The translations under genes and the position numbers were made by a program. Positions 50,490 to 61,123 of a stretch of DNA of 64,000 nucleotides are shown here, in pieces (the stretch's first letter is position 1; each line of letters starts with the position of its first letter). The stretch comes from Candidatus Poribacteria bacterium. Lineage in GTDB: Bacteria; Poribacteria; WGA-4E; WGA-3G. Under the pieces are notes generated by a model. It ran no database searches. It was not told the origin of the DNA and was given only the letters and a program-made list of their open reading frames with translations. Location: positions 4,480,001 through 4,544,000 of the forward strand of contig OZ240248.1 of assembly GCA_965198235.1 (NCBI GenBank), given 5' to 3'.

Positions 50490-51326
50490 TTACGTCGTTA
50501 GAGAGGCATACGCTGTGATATGCGGTGGCAACATAATCGGTCGTTTCGCTGCTGCCACTTCCGCCTGTATCCGCTCTGCTAACGTATCAACATCTAACTC
50601 TTCAGCAGTGGCAATTCCGTACGCTTCCATCAGGGGGACGAGGCTCTGAAAACTGTTCGTAAGATATTCGTAGCCGGGCCAGTTCACGGGACCACCCATC
50701 GGTGCCTCAAAGTGTAAAGTCGGTTCAGGCAAACCTGCATCAACAAACGCTTTGTAAAGATCCATGCCCATCTCAAGATGCGCACCGGAACGCTCAAATA
50801 CACCACGTCCCCATTCAATCAATTTGTTTGCCAAGGGAGTATCGGGATGCACCGCTGCGGTATAAGGCGTAAAATCGACTTCCTGAAAGGCGACGATTCC
50901 ACCGGGACGCAGGTGTGTCGCCAAATGTCTAAGGGCTTCCGCTGGGTCCGCCATATACATCAGGACAAGCCGCCCGACCACAGCATCAAAGTCGCTTGGA
51001 AGCTCAAGGGTTCTGGTATCACCAGCAATGAATTCAGTATTTGAAAAACCCGCTGTCTCCGCTCGTGCCTGTGCTGTTTTGAGAATATCAGGGTTGACAT
51101 CTACACCAATAACTGTGCCGTCGGGACCAACAAATTCGGCGAGCGTGAGAGCCACATCACCGGCACCACTTCCGACATCAAGAACTTTCATCCCTTTTGC
51201 GATACCGCTCCTGAGAAAAAAACGCCGTGTCACATTGTCATAGAGTTGTGATTGCTCGATTAAGCGTTCCGTTTCCCCTTTGCTGCGACCCATTGTATAT
51301 TCTGCATCTCTGGACTGATTGCTCAT
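50490..51326 (-). CDS. class I SAM-dependent methyltransferase
   Basis: VLDVGSGAGDV, FDAVVGR, LRPGG. Confidence 0.88.
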   Translation of the reverse strand: MSNQSRDAEYTMGRSKGETERLIEQSQLYDNVTRRFFLRSGIAKGMKVLDVGSGAGDVALTLAEFVGPDGTVIGVDVNPDILKTAQARAETAGFSNTEFIAGDTRTLELPSDFDAVVGRLVLMYMADPAEALRHLATHLRPGGIVAFQEVDFTPYTAAVHPDTPLANKLIEWGRGVFERSGAHLEMGMDLYKAFVDAGLPEPTLHFEAPMGGPVNWPGYEYLTNSFQSLVPLMEAYGIATAEELDVDTLAERIQAEVAAAKRPIMLPPHITAYASLTT

Positions 51327-51471
51327 TCCTATTCCCTCACTTTCGAGAAATTTGCGAGATACAAGGACCTCGCGTCATATAATTGCAAATATTATGGTGT
51401 AATAAATAGCACAAAGATTTCCTTTCACGTTAGGGAGCAGTTGGGAACCACTCCGTAACACAAACTAAGAA

Positions 51472-52500
51472 CTAAAAACTGTAACCAACTTTGGTATACC
51501 AGAACGCACCGCCAAACCCATACGGACTATACTCGCCAAAAGGCCTACCAACAATTGCACCCGTAAAGTTTTCAATATCGGGATCTGACCAAGTGACGTT
51601 ATCGGGTTCCACATTGAGGACATTATTCACACCAATCGTGATACCTAAGTTTTCAATGACTGCGTAACTGAGTTCAAGGTCCACCAGAAACGCGCCGTCA
51701 TAGGTTTGCGCACCGACACCCGTGTTTCCGGCACTGATAAGCGCGGCGGCATCATCTCGCTGTATAGAACGATCTGTCTCATTCACGCCCCCGTATTCTA
51801 CACTAAGATTCGTCCAGAGATCTTCTCGTCCCAAACCGATATTTCCAGCGAGAGCGTAGGCAAGACCATCACCGGTTTGGAAAATACTGGGTTTAATTTC
51901 AAAAGATCCACCTTCGTAACTATCTTTGAGCTGCAGGTTTATGACACCCGCGATCGCATCGGAACCGTATTGCGCCGATGCTCCGTCTCGTAGCACCTCT
52001 ACCTGTTTCAGGGCAATGAAAGGGATAGGAGAGAGATCAGCACCCTGTGCACCATCGGACAATCCATTCCCGAGCCAAGCAATCACAGATGCCCGGTGGC
52101 GACGTTTACCGTTAACCAGCAGTAATGTGTGATCTGGTGCCAATCCGCGTAGATTCGCTGGACGGACAACAGTGGCTGCATCAGCGATCGGCTGTGCATT
52201 GACATTGTAGGAGGGTACTAAGTTTCTTAACAGGTCAGGGAGATCTGCGCCCCCCTGTTTGACGAAGTCCTCACTCGGTAAAACATCAATTGGTACCGCA
52301 GATTCAAGAACCGAACGCGGTTCTGCCCGTGTACCCACCACAACCATACCTTCAAGCGTTATAACTTCTTGTTCAGATGTTGCTTCGCTTGATTCCACCT
52401 CAGTCTCTTGTGCTATTGCGATAGACACCGAACCTATAAAAACTGCCAAAACAACGTGCGTCCAAAGCATCACCATTTTAAAATTAGGTACGACTTTCAT
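51472..52500 (-). pseudogene. TonB-dependent receptor with large in-frame internal deletion
   Basis: signal peptide and plug (YGSDAIAGVIN) joined at about 51714 to the last barrel strands ending VGYSF. Confidence 0.7.
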
Positions 52501-52643
52501 AAATGAAGCTCCTTCATTTTTTAGGTAAAAGACACTATTATCTAAATCAGGACTTACATAAATTGAATTATAAATGGAATAGGCGCGGTTTCAAACCGCG
52601 CCATCTGCGAAAAGCATATTCAGCACTCTTTCACGAGATAGGT

Positions 52644-55307
52644 TTAGAAACTGTATCCGACTTTGGCGTACCAGAACGCGCCATCAAACCCAAACGGACT
52701 GAACTGCCCGTATTTGTTGCCAATAGTATCAGCAGCATTCGGATTTTCATCGGGATAGGTATTCAGGATGTTTCTCCCACCGAGGGTGAGAGCCACTCCG
52801 GACCCCACAGCGTAAGTGGTTTCCAAGTCGAAAATAACCTTGAGGGTATACGTTTGGTCATCCTCAGAGTCATACCAATTGCTGAAATAACTGGCGCGCC
52901 CGAGCACTCCCCACGCATCCGTTATAGATTGAACGACAGTCGCGCTGGCGCGGTGTTCGGGTAAGTTTTCTTCCAATTCCTTGATCCGCAGATCGTCCAG
53001 CGTTTGCGGATTGTGATCGGTAACCGTGGTTGACGTGAAGTTATACACAGCGATGACCCTTCCGTTGGGTATTGGTGCCGTAACGACAACGTCAATTCCT
53101 TGGGTTGTGGTATCGAAGTCATTGGTAAAGAACCGGAATTCCTCCAGATTCGCAGCACTGGTTACACCTGCGGCGATGAGCTGTACCTTCTGGGAGTCAG
53201 TCAGTGCGAAGTCTTGCGACAGAGATAACCGGTTTTTCATCCGAATATCAAAAAAGTCCATCGTGAAGTTTACGTTGAGAATATCAACGGTAAATCCACC
53301 TGTGAAGTTATTTGATGTTTCAGGGTCAAGCGAGTTATCTTCCTTGCCTGTCACAACACCAACAGCAGGGTTGGTGGAAGGAATCGTTCCGTTATTGACG
53401 AGGTCATTCTTCTCAAAATTGAATTCAGTGGTGATGTTGAACGCATTTTGCTGCCCGGGTGTCGGTGCCCGGAACCCGCTACTATAACTTCCCCGCAACC
53501 GCATCGTTTCCGTAATCTTGTAGTTTGCAGCGGCTTTGTAGTTCAGGGTGCTACCGAAGTCTTCAAAGTTTTCACCGCGCACGGCAAGAGCAATCAGCAG
53601 CGGATCAATCGGTCTGATTTCACTTTCCAGATAGGCAGCAACGTTGTAGCGGTGCCACGTGCCTGCGGCAACCGGGCTGAACCCTGAAAACCCGTTGGAG
53701 GCAGCAGTGAAGCCTTGAACCGCGAGGGGCCCGATCTGATGCGAATCGAGTTCCCCCTCTATGATTTCAAACCCTTCGTTCCGATATTCTAAGCCAGAAG
53801 CGAGGAACACCATGTCGTGCAATGGATACGTTACATCAAAGTTGAGGTTATAATCCGTCTGAATGTAGTCACCCGGATCAAAATACGTCGGTGTATCTGG
53901 TCCGAGGGAAGCATTGACGGTGTTGAAGATAAAGAAATCGGCATGGTGCCGTCCAAAAGAGCCACTCAGATCCCACGTTAAGTCCTTACCCAATGTGTCT
54001 CCGAGTGCGGTGCCCTTAACGCCCAAGACGATGGAACTATCCCAGGCGAACGCGCCAAATCTGGGTGTGAAGCCCCCTGGGAACATCTCCTGGAATGTGA
54101 ATAGATTCGGGTCACCCTTGACGGCTTGCAACCGTTCGGGATCAGGAACGTGGTTGGTTATGGGGATATCGTCAGCATCGTGAGGCGACAGTTCGGTAAA
54201 CTCCTGCCCGGCAGTCTCCGCTGCCTGCTTTCGGGCTTCCCAAGCCGCCATTTCCGCTGTCAAACCCCGCAAATCCCCGACGAGCAACGTCTTCCCACCG
54301 GTCTTGCTAAACACGCCACTGCGAGTATTTGGGTTTCGGAAATAGAATCCGCCTTCAACCCGTTTGCGAGCGTAGTTAGCATGTCCATAGAAGTCGATGG
54401 TATCTGTGAGGGTAGCACCGTAGTTGGCGAAGAATTTGAGGTCATTCTCTATAATTGGCTGTCCCCAAATTTGCACGGGGTCTTTCACCCTGAAATTGCC
54501 TGCGTTAACCAAGTTTAACGCATCAGTGCGTTGGACAGAGCGGACGGTGGGATCTGCGCCACCATATTCAAAGCTGAGGCTACTCCACGCGTCTGGATTC
54601 CCTAAACCGATATTCCCTGCGACAGCAAACTGTCGACCGTCGCCGTATTGGTAGATACCGGGTTTGAATTCAAACGAACCGCCTTCGTAATTGTCTTTCA
54701 ATTGAAAATTCATCACACCAGCAATGGCATCAGAACCGTATTGTGCGGATGCACCATCTCGTAGCACTTCAACCTGTTTGAGTGCGATTGACGGAATAGG
54801 CGACAGATCAGGTCCCTGTGAGCCATCAGACAAACCATTCCCGAGCCAGTGAATCACGGAGGCACGGTGTCGCCGCTTGTTATTGACCAGCACGAGTGTA
54901 TGGTCTGGGGCAAGTCCGCGTAAATTCGCCGGACGTACCACTGTTGACGCATCGCTAATCGGCTGCGTATTGATGTTATAAGATGGCACCAAAGATCTCA
55001 GCAAATCTGGTAGGTCTGCGCCGCCCTGCTTCGCAAAGGACTCGCTTGACACAATATCGATCGGTACTGCTGAATCCAAGACGGAGCGCGGTTGCGCACG
55101 GGTCCCCACCACAACAAGACTCTCAAGCCTCACAGGACCACCAGTCTGAGACGCTTCATCAGACGCTTCAGCCTCGTCCGTGGACGCTGCTTCCTCCGCA
55201 TCACTGGCTTCTTCTTGCGCCATAACCGTTGTAAATACGCACATCGAAATGCCAATAAAAATACTGAGCGCGAAGACGATCGGTTTGATATATTTACTGT
55301 AATACAT
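52644..55307 (-). CDS. TonB-dependent outer-membrane receptor
   Basis: signal peptide, VVVGTR, plug domain, GFRAPT, C-terminal YSF. Confidence 0.93.
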   Translation of the reverse strand: MYYSKYIKPIVFALSIFIGISMCVFTTVMAQEEASDAEEAASTDEAEASDEASQTGGPVRLESLVVVGTRAQPRSVLDSAVPIDIVSSESFAKQGGADLPDLLRSLVPSYNINTQPISDASTVVRPANLRGLAPDHTLVLVNNKRRHRASVIHWLGNGLSDGSQGPDLSPIPSIALKQVEVLRDGASAQYGSDAIAGVMNFQLKDNYEGGSFEFKPGIYQYGDGRQFAVAGNIGLGNPDAWSSLSFEYGGADPTVRSVQRTDALNLVNAGNFRVKDPVQIWGQPIIENDLKFFANYGATLTDTIDFYGHANYARKRVEGGFYFRNPNTRSGVFSKTGGKTLLVGDLRGLTAEMAAWEARKQAAETAGQEFTELSPHDADDIPITNHVPDPERLQAVKGDPNLFTFQEMFPGGFTPRFGAFAWDSSIVLGVKGTALGDTLGKDLTWDLSGSFGRHHADFFIFNTVNASLGPDTPTYFDPGDYIQTDYNLNFDVTYPLHDMVFLASGLEYRNEGFEIIEGELDSHQIGPLAVQGFTAASNGFSGFSPVAAGTWHRYNVAAYLESEIRPIDPLLIALAVRGENFEDFGSTLNYKAAANYKITETMRLRGSYSSGFRAPTPGQQNAFNITTEFNFEKNDLVNNGTIPSTNPAVGVVTGKEDNSLDPETSNNFTGGFTVDILNVNFTMDFFDIRMKNRLSLSQDFALTDSQKVQLIAAGVTSAANLEEFRFFTNDFDTTTQGIDVVVTAPIPNGRVIAVYNFTSTTVTDHNPQTLDDLRIKELEENLPEHRASATVVQSITDAWGVLGRASYFSNWYDSEDDQTYTLKVIFDLETTYAVGSGVALTLGGRNILNTYPDENPNAADTIGNKYGQFSPFGFDGAFWYAKVGYSF

Positions 55308-55365
55308 ATAATTTTCCTCTTCAACTTGACATAAACGTCAAATCTTGAAAACTACTATCTATAAC

Positions 55366-55485
55366 AGGACTTACGCATTTCCTCTTAAAGTCCCCCTGAT
55401 AAGGGGGATTTAGGGGGTTAAAAACACTGAAATTGCCACTTTTTGCGTGAGAATGCCCTATATTTGCTCAATTTGCGTAAGTCCT
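55366..55485. mobile_element. MITE-like element, family C
   Basis: AGGACTTACGCA ... TGCGTAAGTCCT perfect terminal inverted repeats; internal GTCCCCCTGATAAGGGGG palindrome. Confidence 0.75.
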
Positions 55486-55677
55486 ATATAAAATAAAATA
55501 CGAAACGTAGTTAACACCCCACGCTTCCCCTCATAAGATGTCCTACAATTAACGTGTATTCAAATTAAGAATTTAGCGCACCAAGAGGCTAATTAGGTTG
55601 CTACCTCCTACACAAGCAGTGTTATAATAACACAATCTGTTCTATTTTCTATATCGGATTCACGTTAAATGTAGCAT

Positions 55678-55732
55678 TTGTAACATTACAATCTTAATAA
55701 TATATAATACCACAAAATTTCTCTATAGTCAA
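55678..55732 (-). promoter_or_regulatory. sigma70 promoter with downstream palindromic operator candidate
   Basis: TTGACT-17bp-TATTAT (55704-55732); TTGTAA-CA-TTACAA at 55678-55691. Confidence 0.45.
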
Positions 55733-55937
55733 GTCTCTAAGCATAGAGAAGTTAGTATTAACAAGGGCTTAGAAGATTACCATAATTAGTGCATTAGTGC
55801 CAAACCATTGAGACATAAATTCATTTTGACTTAATATGGTTTTTTAGCAATATTAACCGCGTTTTTCATCTGTTTCCGCTCTACGAAAAAACGGAGAGCC
55901 TCACCTAAAACACTATACTCCCGTAGAAAATTTAAAC

Positions 55938-55966
55938 TTGACAATAAATTTGTATTGGTATATACT
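55938..55966 (+). promoter_or_regulatory. sigma70 promoter
   Basis: TTGACA-17bp-TATACT. Confidence 0.65.
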
Positions 55967-56070
55967 TAATAGCACGCTAAACTTGATGTTATACGGTGTT
56001 TGGAATATAAAGAAACCGTCAAAAAAATCACCAAACAGCTACCTTAATCTTAATAACGAAAAATACCACC

Positions 56071-57309
56071 ATGGCAAAAAAAAAGGGACGCCGCTCCGTA
56101 AATGTGGCACGGAAGCGCGAAAAACGAAATCGCGACCGGAAATTTAGACAAAAACAGCTTGCTATCGAAAAGCAACGTAGACTCCCTTATGAAAAGTCAG
56201 AAGAAGAGCATTTGCACGCCTGTATCTCACAGAGTCGAAAACTTCTTGATGAACCTGAACTTGAAGGGGTGCTTTTCGATTTTGAGCTGATGTATACACA
56301 GGTGACGGAAGTCCTCGATAATTACCAAGCAGATAAAACAGATACAGAAGAATCTGAAGAAGACCTCACCTACCTAACTGATGTAGCGGACGAAGTAGCA
56401 GCGAGTGAAGAGGAACTAAATTTTTTACCGGAAGCCGAACGGGCATGCGAACACTTTCGGTTAGAAGTGCTCCCACACCTCGTTACACCAGACTTCATGC
56501 AACAATTAGTGCAAGCACTCACGGCGTGTGAAAAACGTCTTAAACTAACAGGTAATCGAGAATTCGCAGAGGTCGCTTTTGTCACCCGATCGCTTTTTGA
56601 AGCCGCTCCACAGGAAATACTGGTGTTTCACCCGATGATCCAAACTATCGGTATTGAAACCCTACGGATACTTGTGGAAGAACCGGATATGATTATTGAC
56701 AGGCATGAAGAGGTCAAAGAAATTCTTTCTAACGTTCTGGAATACAAAGACTCAGAAGCGTATGAATCTCAACCGATTTCCGTCTTTTCAGATACCGGAC
56801 AAAACCCGGAACGCCACGAGGAAGAGGACTCCGAATCTGCCTTAACAGCACCAACTTCACTGGATTTGGACCTGGTAAACCCTGAAGTAACCGATATGAA
56901 ACAGGCTTTGTCCTCTCTTGGGAAGGATCCTGCTCGGCTTCCATATCCAGCCGATCTCTCTGACACACCTACCCCAGAGATAACAATACCGACAGTGTCA
57001 CCCGACGAACTTCCTGCTCGAGCACTTTATAAAAACTTCAACGGCTTGGCAATAAAAGAAAGTTTCGAGGGACGGACAGACAACGCGTCCGTACAAGAGG
57101 GATTCACTAACTACGTTTTGGTGAATGAAAGCAAAGAGCAGGTTGAATTTGTTGATGTGGAAAACGAACGCTACATCACAGTTACCGAAGATCGACTGCA
57201 GTTACACGCGCGCTCAGAAGCAGAACTTACTATTGCAATGGCAGAGGTAGAAGCACAGTGTACATCGGCGGTCATGTACCTCGCCAAAACAATCGAAGAA
57301 AGGGGGTAA
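56071..57309 (+). CDS. hypothetical protein, basic N-terminus and acidic body
   Basis: 412-aa ORF downstream of a near-consensus promoter. Confidence 0.7.
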   Translation: MAKKKGRRSVNVARKREKRNRDRKFRQKQLAIEKQRRLPYEKSEEEHLHACISQSRKLLDEPELEGVLFDFELMYTQVTEVLDNYQADKTDTEESEEDLTYLTDVADEVAASEEELNFLPEAERACEHFRLEVLPHLVTPDFMQQLVQALTACEKRLKLTGNREFAEVAFVTRSLFEAAPQEILVFHPMIQTIGIETLRILVEEPDMIIDRHEEVKEILSNVLEYKDSEAYESQPISVFSDTGQNPERHEEEDSESALTAPTSLDLDLVNPEVTDMKQALSSLGKDPARLPYPADLSDTPTPEITIPTVSPDELPARALYKNFNGLAIKESFEGRTDNASVQEGFTNYVLVNESKEQVEFVDVENERYITVTEDRLQLHARSEAELTIAMAEVEAQCTSAVMYLAKTIEERG

Positions 57310-57313
57310 TATT

Positions 57314-57433
57314 ATGCCACGAAGTAAAAGCGGACAGGTCCGACGTAGGACGCAAATCCGCCAACGCCAACAACGGCGACTGAAAAGAAAGAAAGAAACA
57401 CTGAAAGAACTATTACAGAACAGCGGCACTTAA
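57314..57433 (+). CDS. small Arg/Lys-rich protein (39 aa), not in the ORF track
   Basis: AGGGGG RBS 7 nt upstream; MPRSKSGQVRRRTQIRQRQQRRLKRKKETLKELLQNSGT. Confidence 0.55.
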   Translation: MPRSKSGQVRRRTQIRQRQQRRLKRKKETLKELLQNSGT

Positions 57434-57471
57434 TATACCACATTTTGATAGCGGCGGGTTGCTGTACCCGC

Positions 57472-58242
57472 CTACTCTCTCTTTTCAAAGTGAACGAACT
57501 CTGATGGCTGTAACCGGACGGAGTCCCCACTCCTCTCTTCAATATATCCCATCCTGAGCAGCGTGATCACTTCATGAGAAGTAGGAATATTGAAAAGTTG
57601 TCGCACCCGTTCACGATCCATGGAGCACTCCAAAGGGGCACTGACAAACTGTACACCGATGTCCAAAGCAGTTGCAGCGAGAAGCACATTCTGAATTAAC
57701 ATCCCCATGCTCAACCACATCCACCGCGTTCCTCCGTCCCCAGGCGGGTATCTCTTGCAATTCATCGTAATCAGCATGAGTAGCGGTGCTTCGCGAACCT
57801 GTGCCGCGATCTCTTTAGCGGGTATCTTCCCTGCCCCTAAATGTCCCAATAGTGTGAACGCCTTCGCGTTTTTCAACATCCCTTCCAATAACTTGTCCGG
57901 CGCGTCCTGAAGCAATTTCGGCAGCGTAACGTGGTCAGCAAGTAGCACGCCATCACCTAACGCCTTCAGGTCCTTCTCCGTGAGACGCATCCAACGGCTG
58001 TTGTCATCAAGAAACTTGGCATCTTTGAATTGTTCAACGATAGCGCGCTCTGTTACCTCAGCGAGTGCTGCCTTACCTTCTGCTTCCTGAATGAGTACAA
58101 GCTCCCAAGGTTGGACATTGAACGGTGATGGAGTCCATCGCGCAGCCTCAATAAGTTTTTCAAGGTCTGTTGTATCAATTGCGCGGTTTTGAAACGTACC
58201 GCGATGGCTACGTCGCTGTGTTATTGCGTCAAAAACGTTCAT
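57472..58242 (-). CDS. nitroreductase family protein
   Basis: I.QRRS.R, A...PS..N.QPW, QN..LAA..L. Confidence 0.88.
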   Translation of the reverse strand: MNVFDAITQRRSHRGTFQNRAIDTTDLEKLIEAARWTPSPFNVQPWELVLIQEAEGKAALAEVTERAIVEQFKDAKFLDDNSRWMRLTEKDLKALGDGVLLADHVTLPKLLQDAPDKLLEGMLKNAKAFTLLGHLGAGKIPAKEIAAQVREAPLLMLITMNCKRYPPGDGGTRWMWLSMGMLIQNVLLAATALDIGVQFVSAPLECSMDRERVRQLFNIPTSHEVITLLRMGYIEERSGDSVRLQPSEFVHFEKRE

Positions 58243-59315
58243 AGATTCACGTAGTCCCGATGCCGTTGTAGGATTTCCGCGGGTGATGCTGTACCAGTCG
58301 TGCCGATTTTGGTGACAGTAATTGAAGCCACCAAATTGCCAACATAAGCCGCCTCAACAGATGCTTCCGCTTGTGAAGTGTGTAGGCTACAGAGCGTTGC
58401 AACAAGTCCCGCCGAAACACTGTCCCCCGCTCCAACAGGATCAATCTCATCATTAATCGAGATACCGGGGATGCGTGTAAACTCACCCTCACTATAGACG
58501 AGAACACCGTTTTCGCCGAGGGTGATATAGACCGTCCTTTGGGTTTGTTCTGCGAGTGCAACCGCGTACCGCCTTGCTTCTTCAATGCCAACCTCTTGTC
58601 CATTCCACTCTGGCTGAACAGCACGTTTCGCTTCAAATCGGTTCGGTTTAATGATAACGTTTCGGTACTTGCCAATCCGCGTGCGGGAGTCCGCGAAAAA
58701 GATTTTATCAGGAAACGCCAATCCCAACTCGCATAATTCTTCTCTCACTCGGTTGGTGACAACGCCTAAGTTCTCAATCGGCATCTGATCGCCGACAATT
58801 ACACCATCAACGAGCGGTATACACTCTCGCAGGGTATCAATCACAGCAGTTTCAACCGCCTCATCCATCGGCGATTGATTCTCAATATCGAACCGCGGTC
58901 CCTCCGTCTCCACGCCCTCATAGCCACGATGAATAGGTTTAAGATAGGTAGGCGTTACCCATTCCGGTACCTGTATCATAAAATCCGTCAGGCACCCGTT
59001 CGTCTGTAGACAATCCAGCAGCGTCCCACCGAACCCGTCTTCACCAATAACGCCTAACGTATAGACCGCGCCTACGCCTAACGCTTTCAGATTATTTGTG
59101 ACAGTCCCAGCCGCGCCAGGGCTATAGCGTTGTTCAACAACCGGATTCGTATGCCACGGTGTTTCCAACGATAGCGTTGAACGGGTCTTATCTATATACC
59201 AGTAGGCATCAAGGTAAAAATCGCCAACAACGAGAATACGCTGGTTTTGAAATTGATTGAGAATTGTCTCCAGGCGCGCTTCGCTAATCAACGTCTTCCT
59301 CCGGTGCCTCAACAT
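58239..59315 (-). CDS. PfkB/RfaE(HldE kinase)-like carbohydrate kinase
   Basis: ILVVGD..LD.Y, PGAAG.V..NL..LG, KPNRFEA, DPVGAGD. Confidence 0.85.
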   Translation of the reverse strand: MLRHRRKTLISEARLETILNQFQNQRILVVGDFYLDAYWYIDKTRSTLSLETPWHTNPVVEQRYSPGAAGTVTNNLKALGVGAVYTLGVIGEDGFGGTLLDCLQTNGCLTDFMIQVPEWVTPTYLKPIHRGYEGVETEGPRFDIENQSPMDEAVETAVIDTLRECIPLVDGVIVGDQMPIENLGVVTNRVREELCELGLAFPDKIFFADSRTRIGKYRNVIIKPNRFEAKRAVQPEWNGQEVGIEEARRYAVALAEQTQRTVYITLGENGVLVYSEGEFTRIPGISINDEIDPVGAGDSVSAGLVATLCSLHTSQAEASVEAAYVGNLVASITVTKIGTTGTASPAEILQRHRDYVNL

Positions 59316-59529
59316 ACGCTGTAACGTAGATAACCATTATACCATATCCCAACTTTTTGCGGAAACACCAAATTCTCTCATTTCTCAATATACCGCGCAG
59401 TTGTCAAAAGCTTACAAAGCCCGCCAATCTGCCATATCCGACAAAAAACCGGGTGTGTAAATATTTTGTCAAAGGGATAAATGGAGGGGCCAAACCGTTC
59501 CTACAAAGATATTCAGTTTTCCGCTTGGA

Positions 59530-59646
59530 TTTCAGTCCTGTAAGGTTTATTTGCTTGGGTATTTCTTCACTATGTTTATAGAGACAGGCTTCCTCCTAGA
59601 CACTCAGCCCTGTAAGGGGTTTTTGCTTGGGTGTTTCTTCAGCATG
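59530..59646. repeat. two tandem copies of repeat family D
   Basis: CCTGTAAGG.....TTGCTTGGGT.TTTCTTCA twice; matches 6201-6252. Confidence 0.8.
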
Positions 59647-59709
59647 TGGAGTATCCGTTTTTGACACACATCTGTTCCTTCTTTTCTAATGTCGCATGCT
59701 TGGCTTGAC

Positions 59710-59883
59710 ACATAGCACTCCGCTGGAGTGCGGTTGCGGTCGGTTCATTTTTCTATAGACATCTTGCTCCGCTGGAGCAAAGAGACGGACCCCTCATAAG
59801 TCAGGGGCTGTCCTCACGCCAGAGGCGTGATATGTCTATAGAAAATGGATGGACCCTTTACGCACTCCAGCGGAGTGCTATGT
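59710..59883. repeat. REPIN/BIME-like nested inverted repeat
   Basis: ACATAGCACTCCGCTGGAGTGCG ... CGCACTCCAGCGGAGTGCTATGT perfect 23-bp IR; inner TTTTCTATAGACAT / ATGTCTATAGAAAA. Confidence 0.85.
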
Positions 59884-59953
59884 AAATAAACCTGTCCTTT
59901 TTGAAAAAATCAATACGCCGCCAAAAACTTTACACACCCCAAAAAACCCCAAT

Positions 59954-59982
59954 TTGCAATATCGTCCCAGATGTGGTAAAAT
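59954..59982 (+). promoter_or_regulatory. sigma70 promoter of leuB
   Basis: TTGCAA-17bp-TAAAAT with extended -10 TG. Confidence 0.5.
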
Positions 59983-60046
59983 ATAAAGAGCCCACTTTTC
60001 TAAAGCGAGTCTTGGCTTGCAAACTATAACATCTTGGAGAAAATCT

Positions 60047-61099
60047 ATGTACAAAATCGGTCTCATCCCTGGCGATGGAATCGGCCCCGAAGTGACGCGC
60101 GAAGCAATGAAGGTCTTCGGGGCAGCAGCCGAACAAGCAGGAATTCAATACGAGACAGTCGAATACGATGTCGGCGGTGACCGGTATCTCGCAACCGGCG
60201 AAGTGTTACCGGATTCAGTTTTAGAGGAACTCCGAGGTTTAGACGCTATCTACCTCGGCGCAATAGGGCACCCCGATGTCAAACCCGGTATTTTAGAGAA
60301 AGGCATCCTGCTCAAGGTCCGGTTTGAACTCGATCTCTACATTAACCTCCGTCCCGTCAAACTTTACCCCGGTGTCCCGACACCCGTGAAAGACAAGGGA
60401 CCTGAAGAAATTGATTTCATCATCGTTCGTGAGAACACCGAAGGCTTATACGCCGGCATCGGTGGTTTCCTAAAACGTGGCACGCGTGATGAAGTTGCAA
60501 TTCAGGAAATGATTAACACCTACAAAGGCGTAGAACGCTGCGTGCGCTATGCGTACGAACTCACCAAAAAGCGCAACAGGGAAAACACTCTGACCCTCTG
60601 TGACAAGGCAAACGTCCTTACCTACGCACATGATCTGTGGCGACGTGTCTTTGACGAGGTAGGCGAAGACTATCCTGATATCAAGAAGGAATATGCCTTT
60701 GTCGATGCGACGACAATGTGGATGGTGAAAAATCCAGAGTGGTTCGATGTCATTGTGACATGTAATATGTTTGGAGACATTATCACCGACCTCGGTGCGA
60801 TGATTCAGGGAGGCATGGGTGTCGCCGCATCTGGCAATCTGAACCCAGAAAGCGTCGCCATGTTTGAACCGATTCACGGTTCCGCGCCGCGTTACACGGG
60901 CAAAAATCAGATTAACCCCATCGCGGCGATAGGCGCAGCTGGAATGATGCTCGACCATCTTGGACACGAAAAAGCGGCGGCAAAAGTAGAAAACTCTATC
61001 AGTAACCTGCTTGCAAGCGGAAAAATTAAAGATTTGGGTGCCGGCCGAATGGGCTACACCACTGAAGAAGTTGGCGACCTTGTTGCAGAAGGATTGTAA
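60047..61099 (+). CDS. leuB: 3-isopropylmalate dehydrogenase
   Basis: [39 protein letters not shown]; start MYKIG after GGAG. Confidence 0.88.
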   Translation: MYKIGLIPGDGIGPEVTREAMKVFGAAAEQAGIQYETVEYDVGGDRYLATGEVLPDSVLEELRGLDAIYLGAIGHPDVKPGILEKGILLKVRFELDLYINLRPVKLYPGVPTPVKDKGPEEIDFIIVRENTEGLYAGIGGFLKRGTRDEVAIQEMINTYKGVERCVRYAYELTKKRNRENTLTLCDKANVLTYAHDLWRRVFDEVGEDYPDIKKEYAFVDATTMWMVKNPEWFDVIVTCNMFGDIITDLGAMIQGGMGVAASGNLNPESVAMFEPIHGSAPRYTGKNQINPIAAIGAAGMMLDHLGHEKAAAKVENSISNLLASGKIKDLGAGRMGYTTEEVGDLVAEGL

Positions 61100-61123
61100 T
61101 CATTCACAAGTAGACGCGCTTTC

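Noticed and set aside
55490-56060. Replication origin in an AT-rich intergenic region
   Set aside because: No clustered TTATCCACA boxes seen; divergent promoters explain the AT richness.
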